Positions 51,501 through 64,000 of a DNA stretch of 64,000 nt are shown piece after piece; positions within the stretch are counted from its first letter, which is position 1; each line of letters starts with the position of its first letter. The stretch is from Octopus sinensis (taxonomy: Eukaryota), in NCBI RefSeq assembly GCF_006345805.1, contig NC_042999.1, forward strand, positions 120,962,001 through 121,026,000, written 5' to 3'. Below the pieces are notes generated by a model. That model was not told the origin of the DNA. It saw only the letters and a program-made list of their open reading frames with translations, and searched no databases. Made by a program: the position numbers and the translations under genes.

Positions 51501-53516
51501 AGAAAGGTGCGTTTCTCCCTCTTTATTTTTATGGTTCTTTTACAAACAAACAGTTCAGCATTCTCAAATAGTAACTGTTCTTCGAATCAAATGTTCATGA
51601 AAATGAAAAATCTGCTGTAATACTTTTTAATGTAGGGTAGATTGTTAGGTAATGAATGTAAACTGAAAAAGGTGAAAAACTCTGGAAAAACCAGGCTACT
51701 ATTTTTTATTACAGTGATTTACTTGCAGAAACTATATGGAATTTAATATGCATTTCAATATCATTTTTCATATAGTTGGTACAAATAACGAACGAAACGG
51801 TTTATCTATATATTGATTTATGTATCTATCTATTTTTCTATACGTACGTATGCATACATGTAGGTACGTATGTATGTATGTATTATGTATGTATGTATGT
51901 ATGTATGTATGTATGTATGTATATGTGTTTGAATTCATGAATATAATTACATTATATTTATATATGTAAACATGCGTGTTTAAATGTATGTTTACATACA
52001 TATACTCTGCTAAATGATCTTGAATTCCTTTCAAACACGCAACTCTGCATCCATCCGGACATCTTATGAGATGGAAGTGTTCCACACTCCTATGAAACTT
52101 TAAGCTATGCGGATCTGCATCAAACTGATATCAAATACAAGTAACTCTAACTAAATATATTTAGTGCCACTTTCTTTTGTCTGTTGACTTAATCGTGTAC
52201 AAACATTATAGATTGATGCATACATGCATATGTACAGACAGATATACGTGCACGCACGCACATACACACAGATACACGCGCGTAAATATCAAACGATGAG
52301 AATGAGTGTTCAACACTGCATTGCTGGACAGAATTTCTTGATTTGTGAGTTAAGGCTACCATTGGATTCATGTTAAGAAAAATAGGAAAATATCTTAATA
52401 TCTTAGCAATCTTTCATGCCGATCACATGGTGGAATGGTGTTTGCTTTCATTTTGGATAAACACAAAGTCTGGATAAACACACACTGTGTTTGTGTGTGT
52501 ATTTGTAAGTGGGAATTTTCGTGTGTGTGTGTGTGTGTTGCTTTCCAGCTGGAAATCATACAGATCCTCAGTTAATTGTTGTGTATCGTTCCTGGCAGAA
52601 ATTTGGCTACAGGTATTTGAGTTGTCTATATTGTGTGAATTGTCTGCCTGAATATGAAATGGTTTACTTTCAAAATGCGTCATCATATCTTTTAGACTCA
52701 TGAATTATACTTATATCATTCACGACTAGAATATTATTTACCAAGTTTTTTAAAGCTGATTATCAATAAAACATATAGTGATTATTTTTTAAGCATTCTG
52801 TTAAACATCATTAATAGAAGCTTTTGAAAGCAATAATATATTTGAAAAAAATTATCAGTTCTGTACAAAGAAAAATACTCTGAAAAGTCCTTTCATTAGC
52901 AATGGAAGAACAAGCGTCTATCATATGAAACGAATAATCTAAATATATCTGTTCGTGGAGATTTGCTTCTGCATACAGTATAATTATTTAGGCGTGCATA
53001 GAATTAACAATTATTTTCTTTTTGTTGAATTCTTAATTTTGATCAAGTTGAATATTACGAGTTCTTTATATTTCAGTGGTAATAGGTATTTTTCTTGACA
53101 AAAGGAACTCGAAGAAAATTACAATAGAACTCAATTGACAGAAAATAGAACTGATTTCAGTTTTCAAATTAATATGAAATATATTTTTATGACTGCTCAC
53201 CATACATTAATATATCCGATTTGACTAATAGCTAAAATGAAATAATACACAGCTTGTAGGTAGTTCGATTATGGTGAAATTCCCGGTTCATGTGATGTTA
53301 AGTGTATTTGAGTGCCAAAATATTTGGGATGAAAGGGTTATTATACTGCACGATTATTTAGAAATGTGAAATTTTTATCGAAAGTATCACGTTTTTCTAA
53401 GGATACTAAGAATTTCGGTCCAGGGAAAACTGTATGTTTTGGGATTGAAAACGCAGACTAACATATCATTGTCTGGCAACGGCAGCATTACACACACACA
53501 CACGCACACACACACA

Positions 53517-53620
<104 letters not shown>

Positions 53621-55399
53621 TCTTCAAATGGAGGTTTCCTTTGGTACAGCTTTATCATTGTCCGAAAATCTTGCAAGACATGAGGAGATCTGATTTCTCC
53701 AAATCCTCGGACTGAATTACTGCTACTGGACCCTTCTCTGTCGACATTTTTTTTTTTAATATTCGGAAAACTTGAAATTCACGAATTCGGTGGGTATGGA
53801 ACATTATTGTTTATAAAATATTTCTCCTTGGTTTATTACACTGTCAATACATTACAGTTACATCCGACTTTAAACGTAGAATATCAGAAAATATTGCTTT
53901 ATTTATTAACCATTATGCTACTTTTTTTACTTTTTTGCTCCGAATAAAATCAATTTCCTGTATATAATTTCAGTAATACAATAACTGATGTTTCTCTATT
54001 ATTAGCTAGGAACTCATTAAAATTCTGACAAAATAATTGTTTTAATTTCAGTTTTTAAACCATATGATAAATAGCAAAACGTCATACATCAATAATAAAT
54101 ATTAAAATAAAATACTATTTTTAAATTTTATAACTTCCAATAATAAGAATTGTAAAAAGTGAAATGAATCGCTAGAAAGATGTTGCTGTGTGCTTAATGA
54201 ATTGAAATGTTTACATTGTATCACGTGTTTACGTAAAGATCATGTCAATTCAAAGAAAAATATTACAAAGAATAATTGTACTTTTTTAATTTTAAGAAGA
54301 AATTGCTATAGAATACTTGGAATTAGACGCATTTTGGCTTTAGGAATTGATTAATTAATTTCATTTAATGCTAATAATTATTCAATTACAGAGAGTAAGA
54401 GTTACTACTCGAATATCTAGTGCATTAAAATTTATTTCAAACTCTATTATCTTCTGAACTAAGGGCATACCTTCTATCGTATAGTCATTCGAAAAATATG
54501 GGAACAGTTTTCAGAATTGAGAAACAAAAAAACAAAAATTAAAATGCAATATTATTCACTAAAAACGAAATTAAAGTTTGTAAATGCTGGTCTGGATTCA
54601 ATCTCTTGTTTATTTATTATTCTGAGCATTTTAACCTTGCTGTTCTTAATTTATACTCAATTCTATGATGTAATTGTCAATGATTCACTGAAATGTTATA
54701 CCTCACACTCAAGTATTTCTCATTCCTCTTTCTCTTTGAACTGACTTTGAGAAAAGGACTGTTTGATTATTCTAATAGCAATCGAACTTCCACGCAAAAC
54801 ACGCGAAAGGGCAATTTCACTGGTATTCGGTGCTCACTCAAATTTTCATCTCAAAATAAATTTTATCATAATTTATGAAATTCTATTCTTGTCCTTTTGA
54901 CGAATCATTTTGTTTTTGAAACGATAATTGTTAAATTAGCCATATTTCTGTAATATATTTACCATCAGTTATACATCATTGTCCAACGCACAGTAATAAT
55001 TTCTAAAAATATAGTGTTTTGTTTGAATGCAAAATACAAAGTAATTTATGATATAATGAATCGTATATGGAATTATGATATTGCTGTTTTAAACACATAA
55101 CATTGCCTCTAAAAGTATTAAATATTATGAACATATAAATCGTGTACATGTACATAGTTTGCAAATCTATACATTCAATCGCCGAATCAATAGACAGTAT
55201 TATGAAAAAAATATACTAAAGAAATAAAATGTATAGTCTTCTGAAGGTTTTTACAGATATTTTGAAGAAACTAATACAGTAAATACATCTCCAGATCAAA
55301 CGTAGAATGTTTGCTCACCAAATACCAAGTGACAGAAATCATGACAGAGAACCTTAATAAACACCCCCCAAAAAATAAAGCCACTGGCGATAACTGCAA

Positions 55400-56520
55400 A
55401 CTAATTTTTAAAATGCCTACTTATGGTGTGCACATGTGAAATGCCATTGCATTGCCTACATGGTAATTTGTACAAACAAATGAATGAGAAGGCCAGCTGT
55501 TTCCTCTTAAGACTTATGTGGTATTTTTATCCACAACAGAGGACAGAATAAGGACAAAACATAAAGACATTATATACAGCAGATAAATTGATGATATGCA
55601 ATTTGTAATAGATAAATTAAAGAAAGTTGAGAAACTAAACAATTTAGAAAACAACTCGATACTAAAATTTAGCATCCAGAATAAAACGAATGAGACCCGT
55701 TTTTAATCATAAGCGTACAGATCGAAAGAATAAGATGCATTTCAGTGGTATATATATCAAAGACTCACAAAAATGCATATACCTACCTGGAGACTGTGAA
55801 TGTCCATACAACAATAAGTCAGCAGTAAAAATCACACTTTACGAAAGCATTTATATTCTCGTTCACATACAAGGCGCGACAACATGAAATCCATAGAATA
55901 AAGCAAAATTTAATTAACAACCGATATACCAACAAACTAGTTGAGCGAGCTACAGGGAATACGGACGCAAATATAATACGACAACTACATCAAAGGATAC
56001 GCCCCATAAAAATACACAAGCCACACATGAAATATATGTGTGAAATGCACTAAAATTATCAAACACACGATTACATAATCAAAGCTGCATAACAGGGAAT
56101 ACAAATTGCATCATACCCGATCATAAACTTAAATGAATAATGTATTACAAAAGCACCGAAATCAAGACCTTTTAAGAATAGCATGCCCCAAGCGTGTAAA
56201 TCCGAGAACAAGCTACGGATAACCAATGTAATTCATAATTTGACAGAAACTGAAACACTTCAGGACTAGCTATTATTTTGGACAGACCAGGAGAACACTT
56301 TCTCGTAGGTTCACCAAGTATTTAAAACAAGATGCTATCGTAAATCATTATACAGCGCTTCATAAAGTAAAATTATATCGACAAATACTTGAGGGTAATA
56401 CTTACATACCCTATAAAATTCTTCACAAAATACAAGATTAATAAAAGAAACCATACTCATATCTCAATACAATGTTTAAAATACACATGCTATGCAAGCA
56501 GCACGCACAGAAGCAATTTA
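55400..56520 (+). mobile_element. Old degraded Penelope-like element (RT plus GIY-YIG); boundaries approximate
   Basis: R*IDDM at 55581 (RYIDD), ECPYNNKSAVK, HEIHRIKQNLINNRY, YYFGQTRRTLSRRF at 56271. Confidence 0.7.
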
Positions 56521-56855
56521 ACACGTGGTTGCTGACAGGAAAACCTTCTGATGGTCACTTGTTTACCACTACATATAAATTAACACGTCACTATTGACGT
56601 GTGAGTATAACTGTCGAAAAAGTACTGTGTCGCGAAAGTTTACATGAATTTATTTAGTACACTAGAAACGATTCTTGCAAGTTATTCAATGAAGGTGTGG
56701 AAACGTTGAATATGAATTTAAAAACTTCATCGTTCCAGACTAACTATAAATGACTATAAAAAGAGGAAATAGTTAAAATAAAAAGATAAATACGCATACG
56801 TATGTATGTGTATATACATATATATGTATGTATGTATGTATGTATGCATGCACCC

Positions 56856-56946
56856 TAGGTAGGTAGGTAGGTAGGTAGGTAGGTAGGTAGGTAGGTAGGT
56901 AGGTAGGTAGGTAGGTAGGTAGGTAGGTAGGTAGGTAGGTAGGTAG
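56856..56946. repeat. (TAGG)n microsatellite
   Basis: Direct reading. Confidence 0.95.
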
Positions 56947-59900
56947 ACAGTATGTAGGTACTATGTATGTGTGTGCGTGGGTGTGTGCGTTTGGAAGTAA
57001 TTATGAACGAAATTAGAATATTAGATGATAATAGTAAGATTTCCTCAGTGGCAAAGACCCTTTTTTGTGGAGGACAATCATTGATTCACTTCGTACTGTC
57101 TAAATAATATTCATATTTTTACCAAGTCTTGCAAGGTGTATCAAGATTTCTTAGCCTCACTAAGTATAAAGCAGAAACTTGTCAGGTAATTTATTTTCCT
57201 CGCTTAGATTTATCATGTAATAGACCATACACGGTATTTATTTTTCACCTGGTAATTTTCACAGTGAAGCCATGGAGCTGATTAGCTTTAATTTTATTTC
57301 GATTTGATTTGATAATTATTTCCAGTTGCTTCAAATATTTATAAATAAATTGTAACACTATAATGTCAATGAATACTGCGCAGTTAAAGATATTTAATTA
57401 TGCTCTGAACGAATATTTCGCACCATCATTAATTACAGTACAGATGTGTTACATTCTCTCCTCGATTTCAGTATACTCCCTATAAGTAATCTATCTGATT
57501 TTGGTTTTGAAGAAAAGGAATCAAATTAATTATAGAAAAATCTCACCTAGTTTATATACATTTGTATTTATTTTAATAAGTGTTTTCTTTTTTAAATAAA
57601 TGTTCGCTTTTTTTAATAACTTGTTTCATATTTTACAAAACAATCTTTAAATATGTGCTCTAGATTATGGTTTAATATTTCGTGAAATATATAATTTCAC
57701 ATCAAAAGTTCGAATTATATCAGTAATAATTATGTTTTAATGTTCAAATAAAATAGTTTTTGTTGGCAGACACAAACGATTACATAATCTTTAAATTAAT
57801 AAGTTTGAAAAATAGATTTCTCTCGGCGGAAATTCTTATTTTGATATAGATATCTAGTGAGAGAATATAAACGCAATATTATTCTACAAATGCTAGATGT
57901 CTATATACAGAATGTTTCTTTATGAGCTCCTGAGAAACTGCAGTGATAATTATCTTGGTTTTCATAGTTTTAAGCAATGAGTGATAGAGTTCAAAATGCA
58001 AAAATATTATTAGTCAAGTTTCAAATGAACCCACTGCATATTTAGTGAGCAATTGTACTAACCACACATACATCATAGATGCAATAGTAATGTAATGTAT
58101 GAATTCTCGACAGGTTTTCATGATTCCTGGTAAAAATGGATCTTCCATAAATGCTTTATAACCAGACTTATATTAATATTCACGACAGTCTTCTTGAATA
58201 CATGTAATACAAATATGCTATATTTTCATATTTCCATGAATGCACAATAAAGTAAATATTACTTTACCCGAAGGAAACATTTTTCATCAATAAGCTTAGG
58301 AGAACATTGCTATTTTCTTTTTAATATATGTAATGCATTCAATGAAATCATACGTTTTATTAAAACATCCTGAAAACAATATTTGGATTGAAGAATTACA
58401 ATTATATTATCCCTATGTATGTTGTTCGGAGTAGTTTACTATAAGTGTGTCAATGAGCTTCAAGCAGGCAACACTTTGTAGGATATGAATAAATTTATTA
58501 AATTAAAATATCGGCAATCAAGATTTAAGCCATGAAATTCAACTTATATAACTCTACAACTTCCAAATTTTCTTTTTAACAGTACATGTACACCTGCAAA
58601 AATATCAGTTATATTGCCGTATTGCAGAGTGAATAAGATTAAATCAATTCACTATTATATATTTTTTCAGTTGTACACCAACAAAGGCTTAGGTTACCTT
58701 CTTTTGAGTATTACACGCTGAATAAAATATTCTTTTAAGACCATTCTAGTAAAAACTATAAATATGTATTTATGTGTGCGTGTGTATGTATGTATGTATG
58801 TATGTATGTATGTATGTATGTATGTATGTATGTATGTATGTATGTGCGTGTGTATGTATGTTTAGCCCTAGTGTTTCTACTTCATTACAGCAAAGTTAGT
58901 AATAAGTATGATTGTCAAGATTTTACAGAAATCGAGGAGTCCGAAAAAGTACGTTCTGTTTCGACCAAAGAAATATTAGGAACTAAATTAACAATAAAAT
59001 AAAGGAGTGGATTTGGTGGTGGAGTTGATAACATCAATGGAGAAGAAGTGGTCTGAAAAGTGGTAACGATGATGTGGTGCTAATGAAAGTAGTGTAAATG
59101 AACGATAGGGTAGTAAATAGTCTTTTAATGTCATTATGGCCCCAGGTTGATAGTGGGTGATGGAGACCAGGTTATCACAGAGTTGCAACTGACAACACAT
59201 GCATACATTCATACATATGTCGTTACATACACACGTATAAGGATCATACATGTGCACACATTATCACATTCGCAGTATATACACATAGCAATGCAAGCAC
59301 ACACACACACACGCGCATGTGATGCAAAACATACAAACATGGATACTTACGAACATATTCGTACATAAGCATATGTCAGGACATGCAGTACAAAAAGCAG
59401 ACAGCTATGCAAACATGAATAGATGCACCTATAAACAAGATGCCAGCACACATATAATATTAACCACACACACATTTACGCGCGCTTGCATGCTCCCAGA
59501 CACATGTGCACCCGCATGCACATGGAAACGAGGTTACACACAGGCTCGATATATACTTACGTTCCTTCAAGGATAATTCATACATACACACACCGAAGCT
59601 ATGTGTGCATATTAATATGCAAACAAAAAAACGTTTACACACATATCAGTAAGGTACACACTAACGAAAACATACGTAAGCATAAAGATGCTTATACATA
59701 CATACATATATGTAAGTATGTATGTATGTATGTATGGATGTATGTATGTATGTATGTATGTATGTATGTATGTATGTATGTATGTATGTATGTATGTATG
59801 TATGTATGTATGTATATATAGTGAACTGTTTCGTGATAGTAAGATCCATAAAAAAGTACTCCATCTCGTGAGATATAATTATGTAATAAACACAATATAT

Positions 59901-60782
59901 GTTTTTATGCGCTACTATTAGGTTCACGTGCTGAGAACATGCCAGACTACTTTTTAACACGTCTAGTGTTCTAGTACAATCGTCAGGCATACAAGCATAT
60001 ATTCTGCTATAAAATAACACATATATATATATATATATATATACTGTAAATTTCCAGTGAATACTTGATAAGTGTAAGCACATCTATATGCTAGATAGTA
60101 GCAAAGGTGAGAGAATATATCAAATATAAATGAAAAACAGAACACAAAGCTTATCGCGGTACACGTGTTTCAAGCTTTATAAACGATTCGTTAGTACATC
60201 AGTGTATTATTGATATAAAAGATGGTTTAAAGCTCTCTTCAGCCGCAAACATTGTTAGTCCAAAGATTACATCACAATATAAAAAGTACATGTAGTATTA
60301 CCCATTATAATAGGTTTATCATATCTCCTTGAAAAAGCATATTTGTATAACTGTATAAATGTATAAATGTATAAAGATTTATTGGATTTCAAAAATCTGC
60401 CCATACTATACCACCATTCAGCATAGAGTGAATGTTAAATAGATTGGATTGAATTTATATTTAATTAGGTTGTATAAGATAGAAAGAAAAATAAGGTAGA
60501 AAGAAAAAATAAAAGTTAAAAAATAAAATAAGAAATAAAAATTAAAAGTAATAGAAGCAAAAGACAAGAGTAATAAAAGCCAAAATAATAAAAGTAAAAA
60601 ATAAGGATAATAAAATTAGATACACATATAAATAAGATTTATCAAAATTGGAATAAAGTAACAAAAGAAATAAAAACATAAAGTAGAGTAAGCGATAAAG
60701 AGATAAGATACTAAAGAGCTGAGAATAGGATTTTGGCTTTGATGAGATGGTAGTGGTCATAAATAATTTCTTATTTTGACCA

Positions 60783-60843
<61 letters not shown>

Positions 60844-61282
60844 CAGGAAATAGAAAAATGCAATTTACATATCAAAAAATTATTTGCATTATAATATAAC
60901 ACAATTATACGATAAAAACATAATATAACAAATAATTAAAACAGAAATAAATCTTTAGAATAATATTATTGGAGATGCATAACAACATTTTATGGCCGTT
61001 GTAGCTTTTCTTCACTTAATTTTTTTTGTATTTGGGTTTTGTTTTTGTTTTTATTATATTTATTATATTTTTGAATTATTAACACTCATGCTTGTAAACA
61101 TAGATGTACTCTAAACCAGCCTCTTTTATGATTTAGCAGTCCTTGAATGGACATTTTGTGTGTTTTTTCAACAAATATTACCCTGAGGGGTCCCATTTGC
61201 ATAAATGTGAATATTTATACATTCACTGGTGGATATGAGTCGAAACGAATTGTTGGTTTTATATTTGTTTTAATTATTTGTT

Positions 61283-61354
61283 ATATTATATTATATTATA
61301 TTATATTATATCATATTATATTATATTATATTATATTATATTATATTATATTAT
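61283..61354. repeat. (ATTAT)n pentanucleotide repeat
   Basis: Direct reading. Confidence 0.9.
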
Positions 61355-61557
61355 ATCTTTTTATAGTATAATACTATTATATTATAATGTAAATAAATTT
61401 TTAACATGTCAATTGTATAATCTCTATTCAAAATTTAAGAACAAAAATAAATTTAATGACAGACGTGAACGTGTGTGTGTGAATCTGTATATATATATAT
61501 ATAAATATATATATATTTATATTTATATTTAGGTGAATATATGTATGTGTGTATATG

Positions 61558-61612
<55 letters not shown>

Positions 61613-62089
61613 TGGCGGATCTACAATATTGGGGCCCTGAAGCTTAAAATGTTATGGGGGGCACTTTTCAACCAGTAACAGTAGGGTAACATCCAACAAT
61701 GGCCAAAGAATTTTCGTGCCCTTGCAAGGAACTCCAACTTCAGGCCCTGATAGCCTAAATGAGTCTTAAAAATGAGTCTGAACGTGAGCCCTCTATCCAC
61801 CAGAAACGAGGTCTGGGTAATCACCGATATCTTTACCGATGTCGGTGTTCCATGGCAGATCATTACAGATATGTTCCAGGTTATGCCTTATAGTTTTAGA
61901 GTTATGGGGGTTGAAAATTCACCACCATCTTCTCCTTCTCCTTCTTCTTCTTCTTCTTCTTCTTCTTCATCATCATCATCATCAACATCGCCATCTTCTT
62001 TTTCTTCTACTTCTCCACCTTCCACCCCTTAACCTTGTCACTAATGTCTTTCAGTATAACGCCTACGCAAATTCCATAAACAATTCCTG

Positions 62090-62490
62090 AATTGAACTGC
62101 GACTACTGTCAGCCACTGACCATTCAAAATACGACCATTAAGGCATTCCCAGATTTCCCCACCCCCTCTCCACATCAGCCTCATTATTCTTCACCTATCC
62201 TACCAAGAACTCAAAACGACCTCGAACACACAAGTGCAAACAAGGGAGTCAGAGAAAGGCAGAATGCTACTTATATCTGAACACTACTACAGAAATATTC
62301 TTTTAAAAAAACTTTTCTTCTAATTTTTCTAAATTTAATTATTTAATCGTTACAGTTGAAAAGGTCTCAAAATGACCGAAACCGGTACTGAAAGATTCAC
62401 TATAAAATCATCTTAGCATTTTCTATTTTTGACTTGTTTTTTCATATATATCAACTCGTGTGTTGCTTTCCACCCTTATACATATATATA
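62090..62490 (+). mobile_element. 3' remnant of a Penelope-like element (third family) with a hammerhead
   Basis: Weak GIY-YIG C-terminal resemblance (PFKIRPL...RESEKGRMLLISEH), hammerhead at 62353-62390, ends in a TA-rich tract. Confidence 0.5.
62353..62390 (+). ncRNA. Minimal type I hammerhead motif (U3-A8 variant)
   Basis: CAG-UUGAAAA-GGUC UCAAAAU GACC-GAAA-CCGG-UA-CUG; stem I can extend through AAUC/GAUU. Confidence 0.7.
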
Positions 62491-62498
62491 TATATATA

Positions 62499-62891
62499 CT
62501 CTTTTACTTGTTTCAGTCATTTGACTGCGGCCATGCTGGCGCACCGCCTTTAATGGAGCAACTCGACCCCGGGACTTATTCTTTGTAAGCCCAGTACTTA
62601 TTATATCGGTCTCTTTTGCCCAACCGCTAAGTGACGGGGACATAAACACACCAGCATCGGTTGTCAAGCAATGCTAGAGGGACAAACACAGACACACAAA
62701 CACACACACACATACACATATATATATACATATATACGACGGGCTTCTTTCAGTTTCCGTGTACCAAATCCACTCACAAAGCTTTTGTCGGCCCGAGGCT
62801 ATAGTAGAAGACACTTGCCCAAGGTGCCACGCAGTGGGACTGAACCCAGAACCATGTGGTTGATAAACAAGCTACTTACCACACAGCCACT
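62499..62891 (-). mobile_element. Full-length SINE (family of 19607-20010)
   Basis: Reverse complement matches 19607-20010 from the AGTGGCTGTGTGG head to the ACTGAAACAAGTAAAAGAG tail. Confidence 0.9.
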
Positions 62892-63490
62892 ATTATATAT
62901 ATATGTTACTGAAAGTTCAAAATTAGGAGGTAAACCCTTTCATTGGTCATTAAGTAATGGTGTGAAAATAAGAATTCTTATCTCTACCATGCTGATGTAG
63001 TAGTAGACAAATTTATTGATGGAAGGTGTAGCGCTGAAGTTTCCAAAATAATTCAAGTAAAGTGAATTATCTGCGAGTCATTTGTACTTTTACTTTTTAT
63101 GCTACTCCACACCGGCAGAAACAACAGGTGAACAATTCGTGGCTAGACACTGTGTGTCTAGACTCTGCGCAGGAGTATGATATGACGTCCACTAAGTCTG
63201 GTAACAGCAATCTGCAAGGCAAAATACAAAAACAAACAAACGATAGAATAAACAAATTAAATTGCTTCAGGGGGTCCCCTCCGGGATTAGGGGCCCTAAA
63301 GCTTAAGCTTCATTAGTTTTGTTGTAGATCCGCCAGTATATATATATATATATTTAAAGGGCTAAAAACCACTAAGTGGTCAGCCATGTATTAGAATTCT
63401 CTCTCAATTTTCAGATTTTTGTATGCTAGGCTACTGGTTTTAAATTGATATTAATTAAATTGATATTCAATTTATCTCCCTCATTATTTA

Positions 63491-63541
<51 letters not shown>

Positions 63542-63834
63542 TATATATAAATACATATGTGCTTGTGTGTTGTTACTCAGCAAATTGAAAAAATTATATG
63601 GTATATATATATATATATGTACGTATTTGCGTATTTATTTATGTGTTACTTATGTAGATGTCTGTATTTATATACATATAAGCCTGTATGTATATATATG
63701 TATGTATGTATATCTATGTAGGCATATATATGTATGATATATCTGCACATGTGTATATGTGTGTCTCTCTCTCTATATATATATATGTGCATATATATAT
63801 ATATAATATATATATATATAATATATATATATAT

Positions 63835-63869
<35 letters not shown>

Positions 63870-64000
63870 ATAACTAAAAATAAAGGTGTCTGAGAGACAC
63901 CACCATGCCGAAATACCAGTTAAATCCCTGACTCTAAGAACCACCTTAAATGTTCATATCGCACCATGAGATAAGACAGGGGGATAAAATAGACTAGCTA

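Larger units (their letters stand above)
61610..63338. mobile_element. Non-autonomous hAT-like DNA transposon inserted in (TA)n, carrying nested insertions
   Basis: 17-bp TIRs CAGTGGCGGATCTACAA / TTGTAGATCCGCCAGTA (15/17 match). Subterminal GGGGCCCT(G/A)AAGCTTAA near both ends. (TA)n flanks are compatible with an 8-bp TSD. Confidence 0.72.

Noticed and set aside
56683-56712. AUUC AAUGAAGGUGUG GAAACGUU GAAU downstream of the old PLE
   Set aside because: The position is suggestive, but the core and stem II are unrecognisable.
60145-60205. Minus-strand CUGAUGU...GAAACACGUGUA
   Set aside because: Stem III is palindromic, but stem I does not pair and A9 is missing.

Overview
AT-rich, microsatellite-dense animal genomic DNA. 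The SINE families and simple-repeat load suggest octopus or another cephalopod, which is inference from repeat recognition. I found no recognisable host protein-coding gene. Nearly all listed ORFs are microsatellite artefacts or transposon remnants. The window holds a mariner, an R4/Dong-like LINE in (AAT)n, two old RTE LINEs, two L1/Tx1-like LINE pieces, several tRNA-derived SINEs, a non-autonomous Helitron, a hAT-like element with nested insertions, and at least five Penelope-like (PLE) pieces. The main unexplained structure is RNA-level. (1) A 352-354 bp tandem repeat at 40478-41203 carries a type I hammerhead ribozyme on the minus strand, at the tip of a ~130-nt rod whose G-U wobbles all favour that strand. 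It looks like a retrozyme or circRNA-producing element, and it has an inverted partial copy fused to a 5'-truncated L1. (2) A 3.1-kb head-to-head palindrome of a near-intact PLE lies at 2371-5500. (3) Variant U3-A8 minimal hammerheads (UUGAAAA...GAAACCGGUH) with covarying stems occur at three independent PLE 3' ends. All folds and alignments were done by eye, and no database searches were run.
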